Shown piece after piece: positions 47,951-61,656 of a stretch of DNA of 64,000 nucleotides. Within the stretch, counting starts at the first letter, position 1, and the number at the start of each line of letters is the position of its first letter. The translations under genes were made by a program, and so were the position numbers. Under the pieces are notes generated by a model. That model worked only from the letters and a program-made list of their open reading frames with translations, was not told where the DNA came from and searched no databases. Source of the stretch: Paragordius varius (taxonomy: Eukaryota; Animalia; Nematomorpha); assembly GCA_964247055.1 (NCBI GenBank), contig OZ176051.1:11160001-11224000 (forward strand), in the 5' to 3' direction.

Positions 47951-50600
47951 TAAGGTGACCAGACGTCCCGCTTTTGGCGGGACAGTCCCGCTTTTTCACA
48001 CTTTGTCCCGCCTCCCGCTACGTTTTCAAAATGTCCCGCTTTTTCACGATTATATAAAAAATTTTTTTTTAATACAAATAAATTTTTTTTATCTGTCTTA
48101 ATGTTTTATCATTAAATATCTTTTAATTCTATATAAATTTTAAATTAATATTTATTTTTTTCGAATTTATATCATATGATTATACACTTTCCTTCCTACT
48201 ACTACTGTCATCATTATCAAATAGCCAAGTTAATACCACAAATCTCTAGATTAAAAGACAAATTGATACCACAAATTCGGTACCTTACACGTTTATTCCA
48301 GAAAATTAAGGTAATATAATATTTATTATACTAATATTTTAATTTTATTACTTGCCAACATTATTAAAAAGCCAAATTAATACCACAAATCGGTAGAAAA
48401 GAATTGATACTACAAATCGTTACCTTATACGTTTATTCCAGAAAATTAAGGTAATATAATATTTATTATACTAATAGTAGTTTATAAATATGAGCACAAA
48501 AAGAGGCTGTAAATTCAACGATGAATTAATGAAAGATTTTCCTTTTATCAAAAAAACGAAGAATGAATCTGTTATCTTTTCACGCTGTTAATCACAATCA
48601 TTCCTTTAGATCTATGGACTGTACCTCACAGGTTATTCGCAAGTTTTTCCATAAAAAATTTACATGTGCCCGTACGAAGGCTGAAGCCATTGTGAGCAAT
48701 ATCCTTTCGCCACATGCATTTTTTGAAATACAAAAAGATTTACTGAAAATTAATTTCTTATCCCTATACTCTGATGCATCAAATCACCATGAAACAAAAT
48801 TATTTCCCACTTTAATAAGATATTTTGATTCAGAAACCGTAGTAAAAAATTTTAGATTTAATTTCTCTACCCGGTGAAAATTCCGAAATAATATTTACTT
48901 CAATAATGCATATTCTAGAAAAAAATAATTTAAAAGACAAAATTATCGCATATTGCGCTGACAACACTAATACGAACTTTGGTGGAAAAGCAAGGAGGGG
49001 AATAAAAAATATTTTTCATAAATTAACAGATAATCTTAATCAAAAAATTATTGGCGTTGGGTGTGTAGCGCATATAATACACAACGCTATTCAAACAGCT
49101 GCTGATTTGTTACCCCTAGATGTGGAAAATGTAGTTGTTAAAATATATTCCTATCTTTATTTATACACGGTACAGAAGTTCAATATCAAAAAATGTTTGG
49201 ATATTGTAAAACTAATTGGTTAGCTTTTATGCCAGCCATCGAAAGAATTTTAAAAATGTATGATCCTTTAAAAATTTTTTTTATCACAGGACAAATGTCC
49301 TACAACTTTAAAAAAGTTTTGAAAGTAATTCTTCAAAAATATGGTTAGAATTCTTACATAATCAAGCTTCTCTCTTTCAAAATGTTATTAAATTTATAGG
49401 TGACAAAATTTCGGCAACCGAAGTAGCCAATGAAGTTAGTACGTAATTCAATGAAATTGATGATTTTCATTAGATAACACTAAAATCAGAATTTAATTGG
49501 TGCGATGTTCAAAAATCATTTGATTATATCTGCTCCCGAAAATTCTCAAAAAGTAATCTTTCAGAAAATGATCTTTTTTCTGAAGTATCATTAGTTAAAA
49601 GATATATTAATAATGAAAAGCTTAAATTATGGACAGAAGAAAAATATACAGTAGAAAAGAAATGGTTGGAAATATTTCATCATTTTGAAGCCAATTATAT
49701 TTATATAATAATATTTTATTAAAAATTGTGGAATTCGCACTATCTTTACCTGGAACAACGCTGCTACTAAACCGTTTTTTCCACAGTAAATCAGGTGTGG
49801 ACATCGGAAAAATCAAATTTAAATGTTGAAACTTTAAAGGCCGTTTTATCTGTCAAATATAATTTGACAAATTCTTGTGAAGACTTCTACAATATTTTAA
49901 AAAATGATGACAATCTGCTAAAACGCATTCACTCAAACAAAATACCAAAGAATAAAATATTTTCTTATATTTATAAAGTTTTTATGTTAACAAATGTAAA
50001 CAAAATTACTTAAAATATTGTATAAGTTTTCATAATTTGTCAAATTATATTTGAACACATAAAATGGCTTTTATTCAACATTTAAATTTGAATCCTTGTC
50101 CTTACTTAATTTACTGTAGAAAAACGCGTTCAATAGCAGTGGTTCAGGTAAAGATAATGCAAATTCTACAATTAAAATATTATTGTATGGAACATAATTT
50201 GTTTGAAAATTATTATTTTAACCATTTCTATCCTACGTATTTTTTTCTGTTGTCCATAATATAAGTTTTCATTCAATATATTTATTTAATAATGAGACTT
50301 CATAAAAAAGTGTCATTGTGCACCGTCTTGTGCCGCTTCTTGTATCACCCAGCGCACTTTGTGTTATTATTTTTTTTCTAGAATATTACAAACACTTCAC
50401 CCTTTGTTCGTGCACATGTAAATTTATTGAATAAGGTACAAACAACCTGTAAGGTACAATTTTTTTTATATTTATAATGTATTTGTGTTAAAAATAAATA
50501 AATATTACAATAAATTTTTTGTATAAAATTTTTTGGTTGTACCAATGACCCCCCTCTCAGATTTGTCCCGCTTTTTCCTTCAAAAAATCTGGTCACCTTA
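47951..50600 (+). mobile_element. hAT transposon, Blackjack-like, internally deleted copy
   Basis: TIRs TAAGGTGACCAGA / TCTGGTCACCTTA; perfect 8-bp TSD CGTATGGT (47943-47950, 50601-50608); transposase remnants 48490-49950. Confidence 0.93.
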
Positions 50601-50900
50601 CGTATGGTATAAAACATTATTAGTTTATAAAAGAACAAAACAATGTTTTTTTTATAAAAACAAGTCTAGTTGTATATACACAGCCATAATATCCCCTAAC
50701 ACATATTTAAATTTTAACTTTCAAATAATTTACATACATTTTAATTTATTGAAAAAGGATGTTTGCTTACTTTACGTGTAATAAAAAAATTAAAAAGTTA
50801 AACGTTGTAGGATGTTATTGGTGGGCAAAAGAAATAATTACAAAATTTTTACCATATACATGCGTTTATTTATCATTATTCAATTCAATTAACAAAATCA

Positions 50901-51045
50901 ATGTTTGGAATATGGCAACAACGCCATACATTAAACTGGTTGAATAAAATATTCTCGTCTTTCCGTGTGCTCATGATATTAGGCCTTTATGTCGTTATAT
51001 TTACTGTATCTTTCGCACTGATCATATTCTTATTCGAGTATAAGG
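50901..51045 (+). CDS. Orphan sulfotransferase first exon (cytoplasmic tail + membrane anchor)
   Basis: MFGIWQQRHTLNWLNKIFSSFRVLMILGLYVVIFTVSFALIIFLFEYK, phase-1 donor G|GTAATG; ends IFLFEYK like 37478-37559 and 55253-55334. Confidence 0.65.
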
Positions 51046-52289
51046 GTAATGCAAAATATTTCTAGCTATTTTTATTAATAAGTAAAAGGACATTACCGAG
51101 ATATGGTTATATATTAATTTTTTTATAATTATATGTAATGTGTTAAATAATTCTTTATTTTAAATGACCCTAATGACAGTTGTCATATAAATTATATTAC
51201 TCTTACCGAGAACAAGTTTTCAAATAAGAATAACCAATATAAATATGCTTAAAAAATATTTTCAACATCGATAATGTAAAAATAAGCATTCAAGATTGAA
51301 TTCTATAAATGCAATGCCGAATTGATCGAATATATGATATTAAAATTTATAATAAACTTGATTCATGTCCATTAAAACTAAATATATATAGTTTTTCTAA
51401 TAGTATTTTTGATTAGTTAAACAAATTTGCTCTTAATATCCAAAATGTAAATGGGGTCAAATTCGATGTTAATCAACTGTATTAGATTAATTATAAAGTT
51501 ATAATAATAGCACATCATGCAGACAATTATAAAAAACTCTATAAATACCATTTAAAGGATATTGGGATTTGGAAAAAATTGAACATAGTAATATTAGGCA
51601 ATGGATAATTAGCTTTAATTATTGCTAACTGATTCACATTTCGCTGGTGCATTATTGCTAAAAACAATACTAAATGTATATAAAAAATAAGAAACTGTGG
51701 TGATTAGCGCTAGGGAGATATTATTTGCACCAAGGAAGGGATCCCTGCCAAAATTATTAATGCTAAACATCCACTATAGCTGAATAGTAGGCAAAATCAA
51801 TACGCCTGAAAAGAATTTCAGACAAATATATAAAAACCGAACTTAAGGTTAAAGTCCAGGGATATAAATATGGCCATATTGATTTTGACTTCGGATAGCC
51901 GATTATTAGAATATATTAAATGCACATAAAATACTTACAACTAACATTTTCCATAAAGCATGATGTCCTTCTGTTTCATTAAATTATCTTTGATTACTGG
52001 AATATCTGACTGCTGAAAACCGGTTTGAGTTTTATTTCTTTATATGTAACGTGATCTCTCACCCTCAATTTTTCGGATTCGGAGAACTGGTGTGTTTTTA
52101 TACTAAAAGTCAAAAAATAAAAAATTTTACATTGACCCTAAATTTGGAACTCTTTGAGATGTGTTAAATCTTAGTGTTTTAATAGAAATTTGACTTAACC
52201 ATCAATTTCAAAAAACAAAAATCTTGCATATTAATTCAGCTGTGTAATTTCCTACAGGGTTCAGAAATCAAATTCTAGTAGTTTCAGAT

Positions 52290-52620
52290 TATGCATATCT
52301 CGGAGGTCTTATAAACAATAATAAGGGCTATTTAGGTATCAATTGCGATAGAAAAATTAAAATTGTAAAAAATATGACTATATATGGAAGTCCCTAACAT
52401 CAAACCATCAACTAATATTAGGCTTATCTTCTTTAATCTTCCCGGCACTGTTGTAGGGATCTGAAAGCTGAATTATAAAAAAGTGACGAGTGTTTGAGAA
52501 ACGCATTTAATGGGGCTGGCAGAAAGCTTTACAAATAACATGGCAAGACATAATAAATTCGATATTTCTCGAAAAAAATCCGACAATGGCTCAAACCGAC
52601 CATTGCCTAATAATGAAATT
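52290..52620 (+). mobile_element. Heavily decayed RTE-like LINE fragment
   Basis: Remnants AYLGGLINN, LFPALL.GSES, W.W.K.LQITWQD. Confidence 0.6.
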
Positions 52621-53379
52621 ATCGAATTTTTGACATAGTCTTATAATACAAAATTTAGAATAGCATCTTGCGGGTCGTTGCAAAATGAGCTCGGAAGATC
52701 TAAGCCAGAACACAAATCTTCATTTTACAACCTTATAAACTTCACCAACACAAATCGCGAATTGGCCTACGTAAAGGCTTTAAATACACATTTAGCTTCA
52801 TACAATAATACAATACAGAGTCGGGCTTTCAGAATCCGAAAGAAATTGTGGAGTCAAACGTTATATATGAATGTAGCGATGTTAAATTATTGCCTTTGTT
52901 GGATACTTTATTATATTTTTGGTTTTGGGATGATTATGCACACCTTGCTTAAACTTGTAAATAAACAACGATTTTGAAGATACTTTGGAAATATAATAAA
53001 CACTGTTTCTTGTATTAATAAAAAAATCCCATATTTTAAGTAGTGGCCCGAACATGATTAACACCTGATTTTCAAATTAAAAAAATTTACTGCTAAAATG
53101 AATATAAATTGTTTATTATTTTTGACGCAATTATTTACCTATTATATTGGCGAATCGAATATATAGAAATAAAAAATGGTGAGGATGAAATAAGATTATA
53201 TTTTTTTTATAGAGGGAGAGGAAGGCATATGAACACAATATCATAGGGGAAAAATTACAGGAAAAAAAGATATTGAAGTGTTAGAAATTATTTTCTAAAA
53301 AAATTGGGAGCTGTCTTGAAAATGATATAACACGAAAACACTTATCTATAAATTGGACCAGAATATTTTGAACTTTGAT

Positions 53380-54750
53380 TATAAAAACTTCCTAATTCTC
53401 CTGGCAGATAAAGGTTATGACGCAGATGAACAGCAAAATTTACGCTGAAAAAGGGATTGATATAATACATTTACTATACTACAATCCGAAAAGACCCCAC
53501 TCGATTGACAAACTTGGTAAAAAAAGCGGTAAAAAAAACTAGAATTTTGAAACAACATGCAAACCAAAATTCACCATTCCACCCCATATGAATGTGGCCC
53601 TGAAAACTCACAAACCTGAAATACACTTACGACCAGCTGTCGTTAGTATTAACACACCGCTTTCTAAACTACTCATAAAACAACCATTTGCACATATCCT
53701 CCATCACGTACAAAATAATATGATGAATAAAATTAAAACAATGCATCTGAAAGAGTCTAACATACTAGTCATCCTGAACATACAATCTCTTTTCGCAATT
53801 ATCCCGAGAAATCAATTAGGATCTATCATCGAAAAATAGGTGATGGCTTACACCCCATCATTCCGAAGTTATAAATATGCCTTTCAAATTATTTTTGAAG
53901 CAAAACTACCTACAATACACTGGTACCTCCATGTCCAGTTTCTCTCCATAACTAGCTGACATATATATAAAATCTTTCGAAAAACTTATGTTCGAATCCT
54001 CCTTATCCCCCAGATGTTGGCATCGATATGTGGGTGATATATTCTCACCTTTCTAGACTTTAATAACATAAATCCCAATAGGTTCTTTATGTAACACAGC
54101 CACTACGAAATACAATTCCTAGATGTTCAACTAAAAATCAAGATTGGTATGTTCCAACATATGTCTTTAGAAAGGCACACATATTTATACTTAAATGCAA
54201 ATTTCCATAATCATCCAGCTCGTTCGCTCTCAGCTTTAAATACTCTCATACACCAACCGAGCCACTACTCTTTGTAATGAATATAATCTAAGAAATGAAA
54301 ACTTTTAAAACCACATTTAAACAAAATGGCTATCCAGTTAACATTTTTAATAAATTAAACACCCATAGGATTCAGTCTCTTCTTTCGTTTTACCTTACAT
54401 AAAAAATGTCACGACCAAAATCCGACATGTTCTTAAAAAATATGAAGTTATATAAGCCTTTCAATAATTTAACCTGTTCCTGCAATGTCAAATACATGGG
54501 TGAATCAGGACGCTTAATTTTAACACGATGAAATAAACATGACCAATACATTCTTGCCCGCAAACTCTCTTTGGGATTAGCAAAGCAAATACACAATGAT
54601 CATCACTTTATATCTCATTAAGAAATCGTTTACAACTAATAATTACAATAAGCGCCGGATATGTGAATCTATAGAGATTATATCAAATCCTAGACTCGAT
54701 CGTGAAGACGGCGCAGTTATATCGTCAATTTGGTACCTCCTAGTACACCG
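53380..54750 (+). mobile_element. Penelope-like element (RT + GIY-YIG), decayed
   Basis: Remnants ILLADKG, KTHKPEIHLRP, IQSLFAIIP, GTSMS...LADIYI, WHRYVGD, QFLDVQ, YMGESGR...R.NKH, RRICESIEIISNPRLDREDG..I.SIW; 5' extent unknown. Confidence 0.8.
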
Positions 54751-55252
54751 AAAATATTATTTGTAAAGACGACAACTGTTGTTTTTACAGATTACATTAA
54801 ACCTCCTTAGAACATATACATGAATACAATTACCATCTGAACAATTACATATTTACCTTTTTATATTGTCATTATTTCTTAGTTTTTTATTTATTTTTTT
54901 ATCTAAATTTTTATCTCAAAAAGTTTATGCATTATAAATATTATTATTATATTAATAATAATTGCTCGTAAACCCAGAATGGATTTAATAATTGTTACAA
55001 TTTATTACGGAGGATATATGTACGACTTATATATTGTATAAAATTCGTTGTAATGGTGTCTATTTTTTATGGGTAATATAAAATAAACTTATGTATGCCA
55101 ACAAATTTTGAAGGTTTTACGTTTTGTTGTTTATTTATATTCGAATCGCGAGTGACAATATCAATATTTGCAATATGGAACGTTACTACACATTAAAAAT
55201 TTGATATTTTACCATATATGACAAAAATATTCCTTCCTTGTCGAATTTTAGC

Positions 55253-55334
55253 ATGTTGATATTAAGCTTTTTAAATTTTATAATATTTATTGCCTTTTCT
55301 TTCACACTATTAATCTTCCTATTCGAGTACAAGG
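55253..55334 (+). CDS. Carbohydrate sulfotransferase copy 2, exon 1
   Basis: MLILSFLNFIIFIAFSFTLLIFLFEYK, phase-1 donor G|GTATAT; joins exon 2 to form Asp (G+AT). Confidence 0.75.
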
Positions 55335-55487
55335 GTATATACACTATATTTAACTCTTTTTAATTAATTTATGACAACACTTGTTATATATTTATTGGGA
55401 TTTTTTTATAAAATTTTTATTTTAAGTAATATAAGTAATATAAAAAATAATCGTAAATTATGTTTAAGTATTTTCGACCCTATAAAA

Positions 55488-57898
55488 CAGTGGTACTCAC
55501 CAAAAAATTTGACGGGCCAAATAAAACAGATTTTTTTTTCGAGGGCCATGAACCTTATAATGGCTTCCATAGCTATTTAACACATATGCGCATTCTAAAT
55601 CAGCACAATGAATTTTTGCGGATCGCATGTAAATCCTAAAAACTGGTTTACCATTTAGTTTAAAAAATTAAAATATTTTGATAACAATTTTTATTTCGAT
55701 ATTAATTAATATTTTTTGACAAATTTGGTTTCACCTCATGACAGGCCAATCTTAATACGTCGTCCATATGATCATCGGTTAGCGGTTACTGTATGTATTC
55801 TTGACATATTTTATTTTTGAATATGACGTCTCACACGTATAAGTTGAGGGAAAAAGAGTTAGGATAACTTGAGCACATTTTTTTATATTTTCATATTTAT
55901 TTGGCACATCTTGCCAAAACTCAACATATCTTTCTTCTCTAAGATTCTCTTTGAATATCCAAATTGGAATATTTAAAAAGTACAAAGTCTTCAATGATAT
56001 GCGCCTGATCAAAACCGAAATGCTCAAGTTTTTTAATATTGAATATATTCATATGCCCTGAATATCAACGAGTTTAAAGCAATTTTTAATATATCTTAAT
56101 TTTTGAAATCTGAATTATATCATTAAATAAAAATGTTAGATGATCTATTATTAAATTAATCTCCGCGGTAAATTCCATATTTTCTTCATATATCGTTTTA
56201 AGTGTTGGAAGAGGAGTGTTTAATTTATAAAATCTAGTTTATAATATTATTTAAAAGATATTTCATTTGCAAATTGGGTTATTATTTTGCTTCCTTGACG
56301 ACGTATTAAAAAAGTTTATGTGTAATGTCGCAAAGGTAGAGAACCCACCATATGTCACTATTAATTTCCTCGTCAAACTTTCTGTTATCTTTTATAAAAT
56401 AGAATTTCATGTCTTAAAACAAAAAATCTATTTAATACTCTGCTAAGGCTTAGCCATCTCAAAGCGGTGTACAAAAGAATATAATCAAACTGACTGTGGA
56501 TATCTTTCAGAAGGTTTTTGAATTTACGGCGGTTAAATTCTCTGCCACGGATGTGGTTAACTATATCCATAACCGTTTTAATTACTGAATTGAGTGAACG
56601 CGAAACCAAGTTTGATGAATAAAGCAGTGAAAGGATAAAATATTTTGTAAATTATATTTGTTTTTCAAAAGAGGAATAAATCCTTTGGTTATTGCAATCA
56701 TAGAGGGACAGCCATCTGTGCAGATCGAAACCAATTTTTCATAGATATACCATTACCGAAAAAAGTGTTAATTATTTCGGAAAATCACTTCCTTTCATGG
56801 TATTATTCATTGGTAAAAATTTTAAATATTTATCGTTTGTTATGTTGTCGTTGCAAAATCTTACGAAGAGCGCACATCGAAGTGTTGTACTAATATCAGT
56901 GCTATAGCATTACTAAAATATTTGCAGTTTTTCAGAGCCAATAATCTATTGTTAAAAATATATTTAGACATATCTCTAATGCGTCGAGCACATGTTGCAG
57001 AAAGTTTTTAATTTGCCTCATGATTTGATCTTTATATGAAATTTATAAAATAAAAAAGTGCAACCATTTATTAGACATTCTTTTAGTTGGGTGAACGGTT
57101 ACATATTTTTTCCTAAAATATAATAAATATCATACGAAATTATACAACTTTTTTCTGGGAGAAAGCTATGGACATAATAGATTTTCCTTTCTGGTATAAT
57201 TCCTTAATCTTTTTTATTTTTCGTTTTTCCTCATGATTTTCTGGTAATTTATGAGAAAAATGGATTGTAAAATTTTTCAATATTGTATTTTTTTATAATA
57301 ATGTTGTCCTTACATATAAGGTAGGTAACAACATTTTTATTTTAAACGGAATATTTCTTCCCATTCTTTTTTAAAGGGCGATTTTCATCGGATAATTTAC
57401 GTTTTTTTTCATTAGTTGTCATCCTTTGAATTTATGAAATATTATGTAAATTTTTTCAAAAAATAAAAATATAATTTGAATTACGCTATAAAAAAACAAG
57501 TTGAAATTTAATGATGTTTATTTGAAAAATATAAAAAATGAGGCAGGATAACTATGAAAAGATTATGTGTGTGCAAGTTTGGGTGAAAGGCTTGCTTAAT
57601 TACAAAAAAGGAATGCAATAAAAATTTCCAAATAGAAAAGAAAATAGAATACAGAAACAGAAACAACGTGTGCCAAAATTTTGAAATTATTCTAATGTAG
57701 GGAAATTTTTCTACATTTTGAATTTGGGTAAAAAATAAAAACTACCAAAATTAAATCTAAAGAAAATATATTAATATTAATATAATCGAAAATTCGTTTA
57801 TGTGTTAAAAAAATAATATAAATAATATGGTCAAAGGGCAATTTTAAAGCACTCTTAGGGCCGCATGCGGCCCGCGGACCGCGGTTTTAGTATCACTG
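55488..57898 (-). mobile_element. hAT transposon, Buster/Charlie (GTF2IRD2/ZBED8-like) type, decayed, in intron 1 of sulfotransferase copy 2
   Basis: TIRs CAGTGGTACT / AGTATCACTG; perfect 8-bp TSD CTATAAAA with central TA; remnants STDIS...CALFVRF, SICTDGCPSM, RWLSLSRVLNRF, LFPSTYTCETSYS. Confidence 0.92.
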
Positions 57899-59374
57899 CT
57901 ATAAAACAAGGCATTTATTCAATCAAATCGTTGTTCAAAGGCTTAAATTTATTTACATCTAAACCATAATACGGTATTTGTTCACATTGGATACCTTTAT
58001 ATGGCATGTTTAATTTAAATGCATAAAGTATCAAAATTTTAATATAATTAAATAAATTTTATTAACATATGTGTATAATTATGTAATTATCCCTACCTTA
58101 ATATTTTAACAGTTAAATGGAAAAACTCAGTTTACTTTAATAGTTTGATACATTGAGATTGAAAAATTTAATATTTTTTATTATATTACAATTATAAGGT
58201 TGTTTTTAAGTATTTTTTAATAATATATCTGGGCATCGAGTCAAGACTAACAGTAATTCCAACCTGGTTTTAAAATAAGCCGAAACCGGGTTACCATTTT
58301 TAAATTTTTATAACAAATCCAGTTATATTTTAAAGCTAACTCTAGTTTTATGTTTAAAAACAGCTAATTTAACATATTCGGCCAAGTCTTCATAATATAT
58401 TTGTCATCAAAAGTAGAAAACAAGCTATGTTCAATCATATATAAAAACATAACGTAATGTAAATATTAACTTTGAAACATTAATGGCAAAATTAGGGTCA
58501 AATCTGACAAGTTAATGCATTCACGTCCGGTCTGTACCCGTTTTTACAAATTAATTGAAAACTTTCATATATTATCACATAATATGAATGGTCTCCTCAA
58601 ATTGATAAAGGCATTTGAATTGTTATTTCGAAACTGCCATAAAAATAATATTAAAAAAAGCATTGGTTATAATTAAGTTTAAAATTTGGCATTTTTGCTG
58701 CCAATTGATTGGCCGTTATGATTGCATTCAAAAGTCAGATTAACTGTTTCTATTTTAACCCTTGAAAATCAAACCTAATAACATCCCATAATTTTAATGT
58801 TGCTAAGATGCATTTATCAAAATACACCTATAAACAAATTGAACATAATCCAATTTACCATTAATTTAAATACCTTTAAACAAACTATTTTAATAGGTTA
58901 TATAACCGTAAATACGTATGCCATAAATGATAAATGAAATGAAATTTAAATTTGAAAATAATCCATATAGTATAAAATCATTATGAATAAGTGTACAATT
59001 TTTTGAGTATTGACGTCTAATATACAACTATATAATAATATGAATTAATTAATACTAAATATCTAAAATTATGCGGTCATGGTCAACGCTAATTACACAT
59101 TTGAAAACTTTGTTTGTTGTTTGTTGATATGTACAAAATTAAAACAGATATTATGCAAAAGGGACGGAAAGCGTTATAAATAACATATGTTTCTATATTT
59201 GGATATAAAAAATATATTAATATTTAGATCCTGTTAGACCCAAAAAATTTTATTAATATATATAAATAAAGATAAATTTTATTTATGAAAAATCAAGATA
59301 AAATGCTTTAAGATGGAAATTTTTATTTCGAATAATAAATTTGATGGTTGTTTAATCATTTCTATTATGAATAG

Positions 59375-60615
59375 ATTTGCTCAACAAATATGTGCACACA
59401 TCAGACCATCGAACCTTAGGTATAAACACGCAACAATTAACATCTTTGGTAACCTATGATACAACAGAGACGGCTATAAACTACACAGCATTTATAAATT
59501 CCATGAATGATATGACGAGTATGGATGAAAGATCATGGCGAAATTTTGTATGCAATAATATTGACCGGCTTTCAAAAAATCGTAATGATTATTCTGATTC
59601 CATGCATTTAATCGGTAACTTTGGTCCATGGTCTCGAAACATCCTATTTAGCTCTTTATACTCGATTATAATGTCGTTCAAAAAAAACCACTTTGCAACT
59701 GAAGATGATATGGTGAAATACAATAAAAAAGTGTTGTATTGTTATGTGGCAAAAGCTTCATCCACCGCTTGGAAAAGTTTAATAGCTTTATCTCAAAATC
59801 CCACCTTAGAAACATCACTACAACACTTGAAAGCTAATAAGAGTCTGGGGCTTATTACTCAAAACTATCCGTATATTAGATTAAATAACAATGTAAATAG
59901 TAAAGGTTATTCTTCCAACACGACTGATTTAAAGGAGGAAGATGTAGGTTTTAGTTTTGCTTTTGTTCGACATCCGCTTCACCGTATACTTTCGGCTTAT
60001 CGAAGTAAATTTTGTTGGAAAAACCGCTATTTCCAACAACGATATGGGGATTACATTAAAACGACTGTTAACATGGGGAATTTCATAAATTTTTCATCAC
60101 CACTAACTTATGTTAAATCAACATCCAATATTAGTTTAGCAGAATTTATTCATTTTGTAGTGAATATTGAGACGGCGTATCCCAAAAGTAAATACTCATT
60201 TTTAATGAATGAACACTGGGCACCTATAGTCGATACATGTAATCCTTGTGCTTACAATTACGATTTCATCGGTAAACATGAAAATCGTCTACAAGATATA
60301 TCCTACATCCTTAAACGTACGAAATGGAATAATTTACCATTTAATCCTTTTTATTTGGTTAGCCATGAGGCGCCAAAATATGCGACAACATTGTCTCCTA
60401 ATTATAATGATGTGATTGATGATCTAAAATCATCAACAAACACCCAAAGTTTTCGAGATTACGATGCGAAAGATCAGGAAATTATTGATCAAATTCCTAA
60501 CGAATTGTTGAAAAAGTTGGTTTATCTATTTAGATATGATTACGCTTTGTTTTACCCGAAAGATCCATTATTCCTTCAACAATTAAACAGTAATCCGGAT
60601 TTATTAACAAATTAA
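59375..60615 (+). CDS. Carbohydrate sulfotransferase copy 2, catalytic exon
   Basis: Same PAPS-binding motifs as copy 1; uninterrupted 412-codon frame; ATGAATAG acceptor; about 20-25 residue differences from copy 1 by eye. Confidence 0.92.
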
Positions 60616-61656
60616 ACTAAAAAACATGGAGATTGATAATTTATGTAAAATTTCAAGCATTTGATTAATTTATTGTAACATATTTGCCTTTATATATTTA
60701 GCCAATCTACAAAACACTTATGTGTTTAATAAATTTAATTTAATATATGACATGGTATTTATTGAGGATTTTCCTACAGACTGGTTCATGTTACAAACCG
60801 AATATTTTAAATTTAAAGAGCTAAGTTTAGTTTAAAACATTATATATATAGTTAGTCGCAGTAGCTTTATCAATCTTAATCATGGGTCCATAATAAATTT
60901 TATTATTGTATAACTATGATTCACAAAACTTTCCTATGGGCAAAAATAAATTATGTTAGGAACCATTAGCGTATGTCGTATTGACTTATTTTAAATTCGA
61001 CCGCATGATTAAAAATTGTTGGCCTTTGCAATTTTACCTAAACATTCCTTCTCTAGTTGACAGATTAAGTATAAGGGTGGAATGGTGGTATATTAATAGT
61101 ATCATATTTTATAGTATTAACACTGATAGCATTAGGTTTTACAAAATTTAACTTTTAATCCAAATACCATAATTACACTATATATCTATTATTTCTCATT
61201 TATTAGATGATATTCGCATATATAAAATTCCACGGAATTTTGGCAAAAGATTTTAGAAACGGAGGTAAATTGATATAAAGAAATTTTAAAAAGCAAATAC
61301 TGAGCAAGGAATTTGTTTGTTTGGAGATGTAAAATTTGGCCTAATTTTCATTCCATGAACAATAACATTTATAAGATATTGGTAAACTACAATTTTGAAG
61401 TCTAAACGGGTAATTAAAAGATCTTTATATAGGGTTAATACGGCTAGCTGAGAATTTTTAAGCGCCCCAAAAATTTTTGTATAACTTATCCATTCAAAAA
61501 TGTTTAGATCTTATATACCATAAGAAATAAATTATCAGGGTTGTCAGAAATCATTACCGGTTTTTTGATAACAAATCAGGTAATTTTGAAGGAAAATCAA
61601 TCATTTAATTAATTAAGAATACTGTCCATCTTTAAACATTGCGCCAATTTCTCAGA

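Noticed and set aside
53380-54900. Hammerhead ribozyme expected near Penelope-like termini
   Set aside because: No CTGANGA...GAAA core found near the element by eye.
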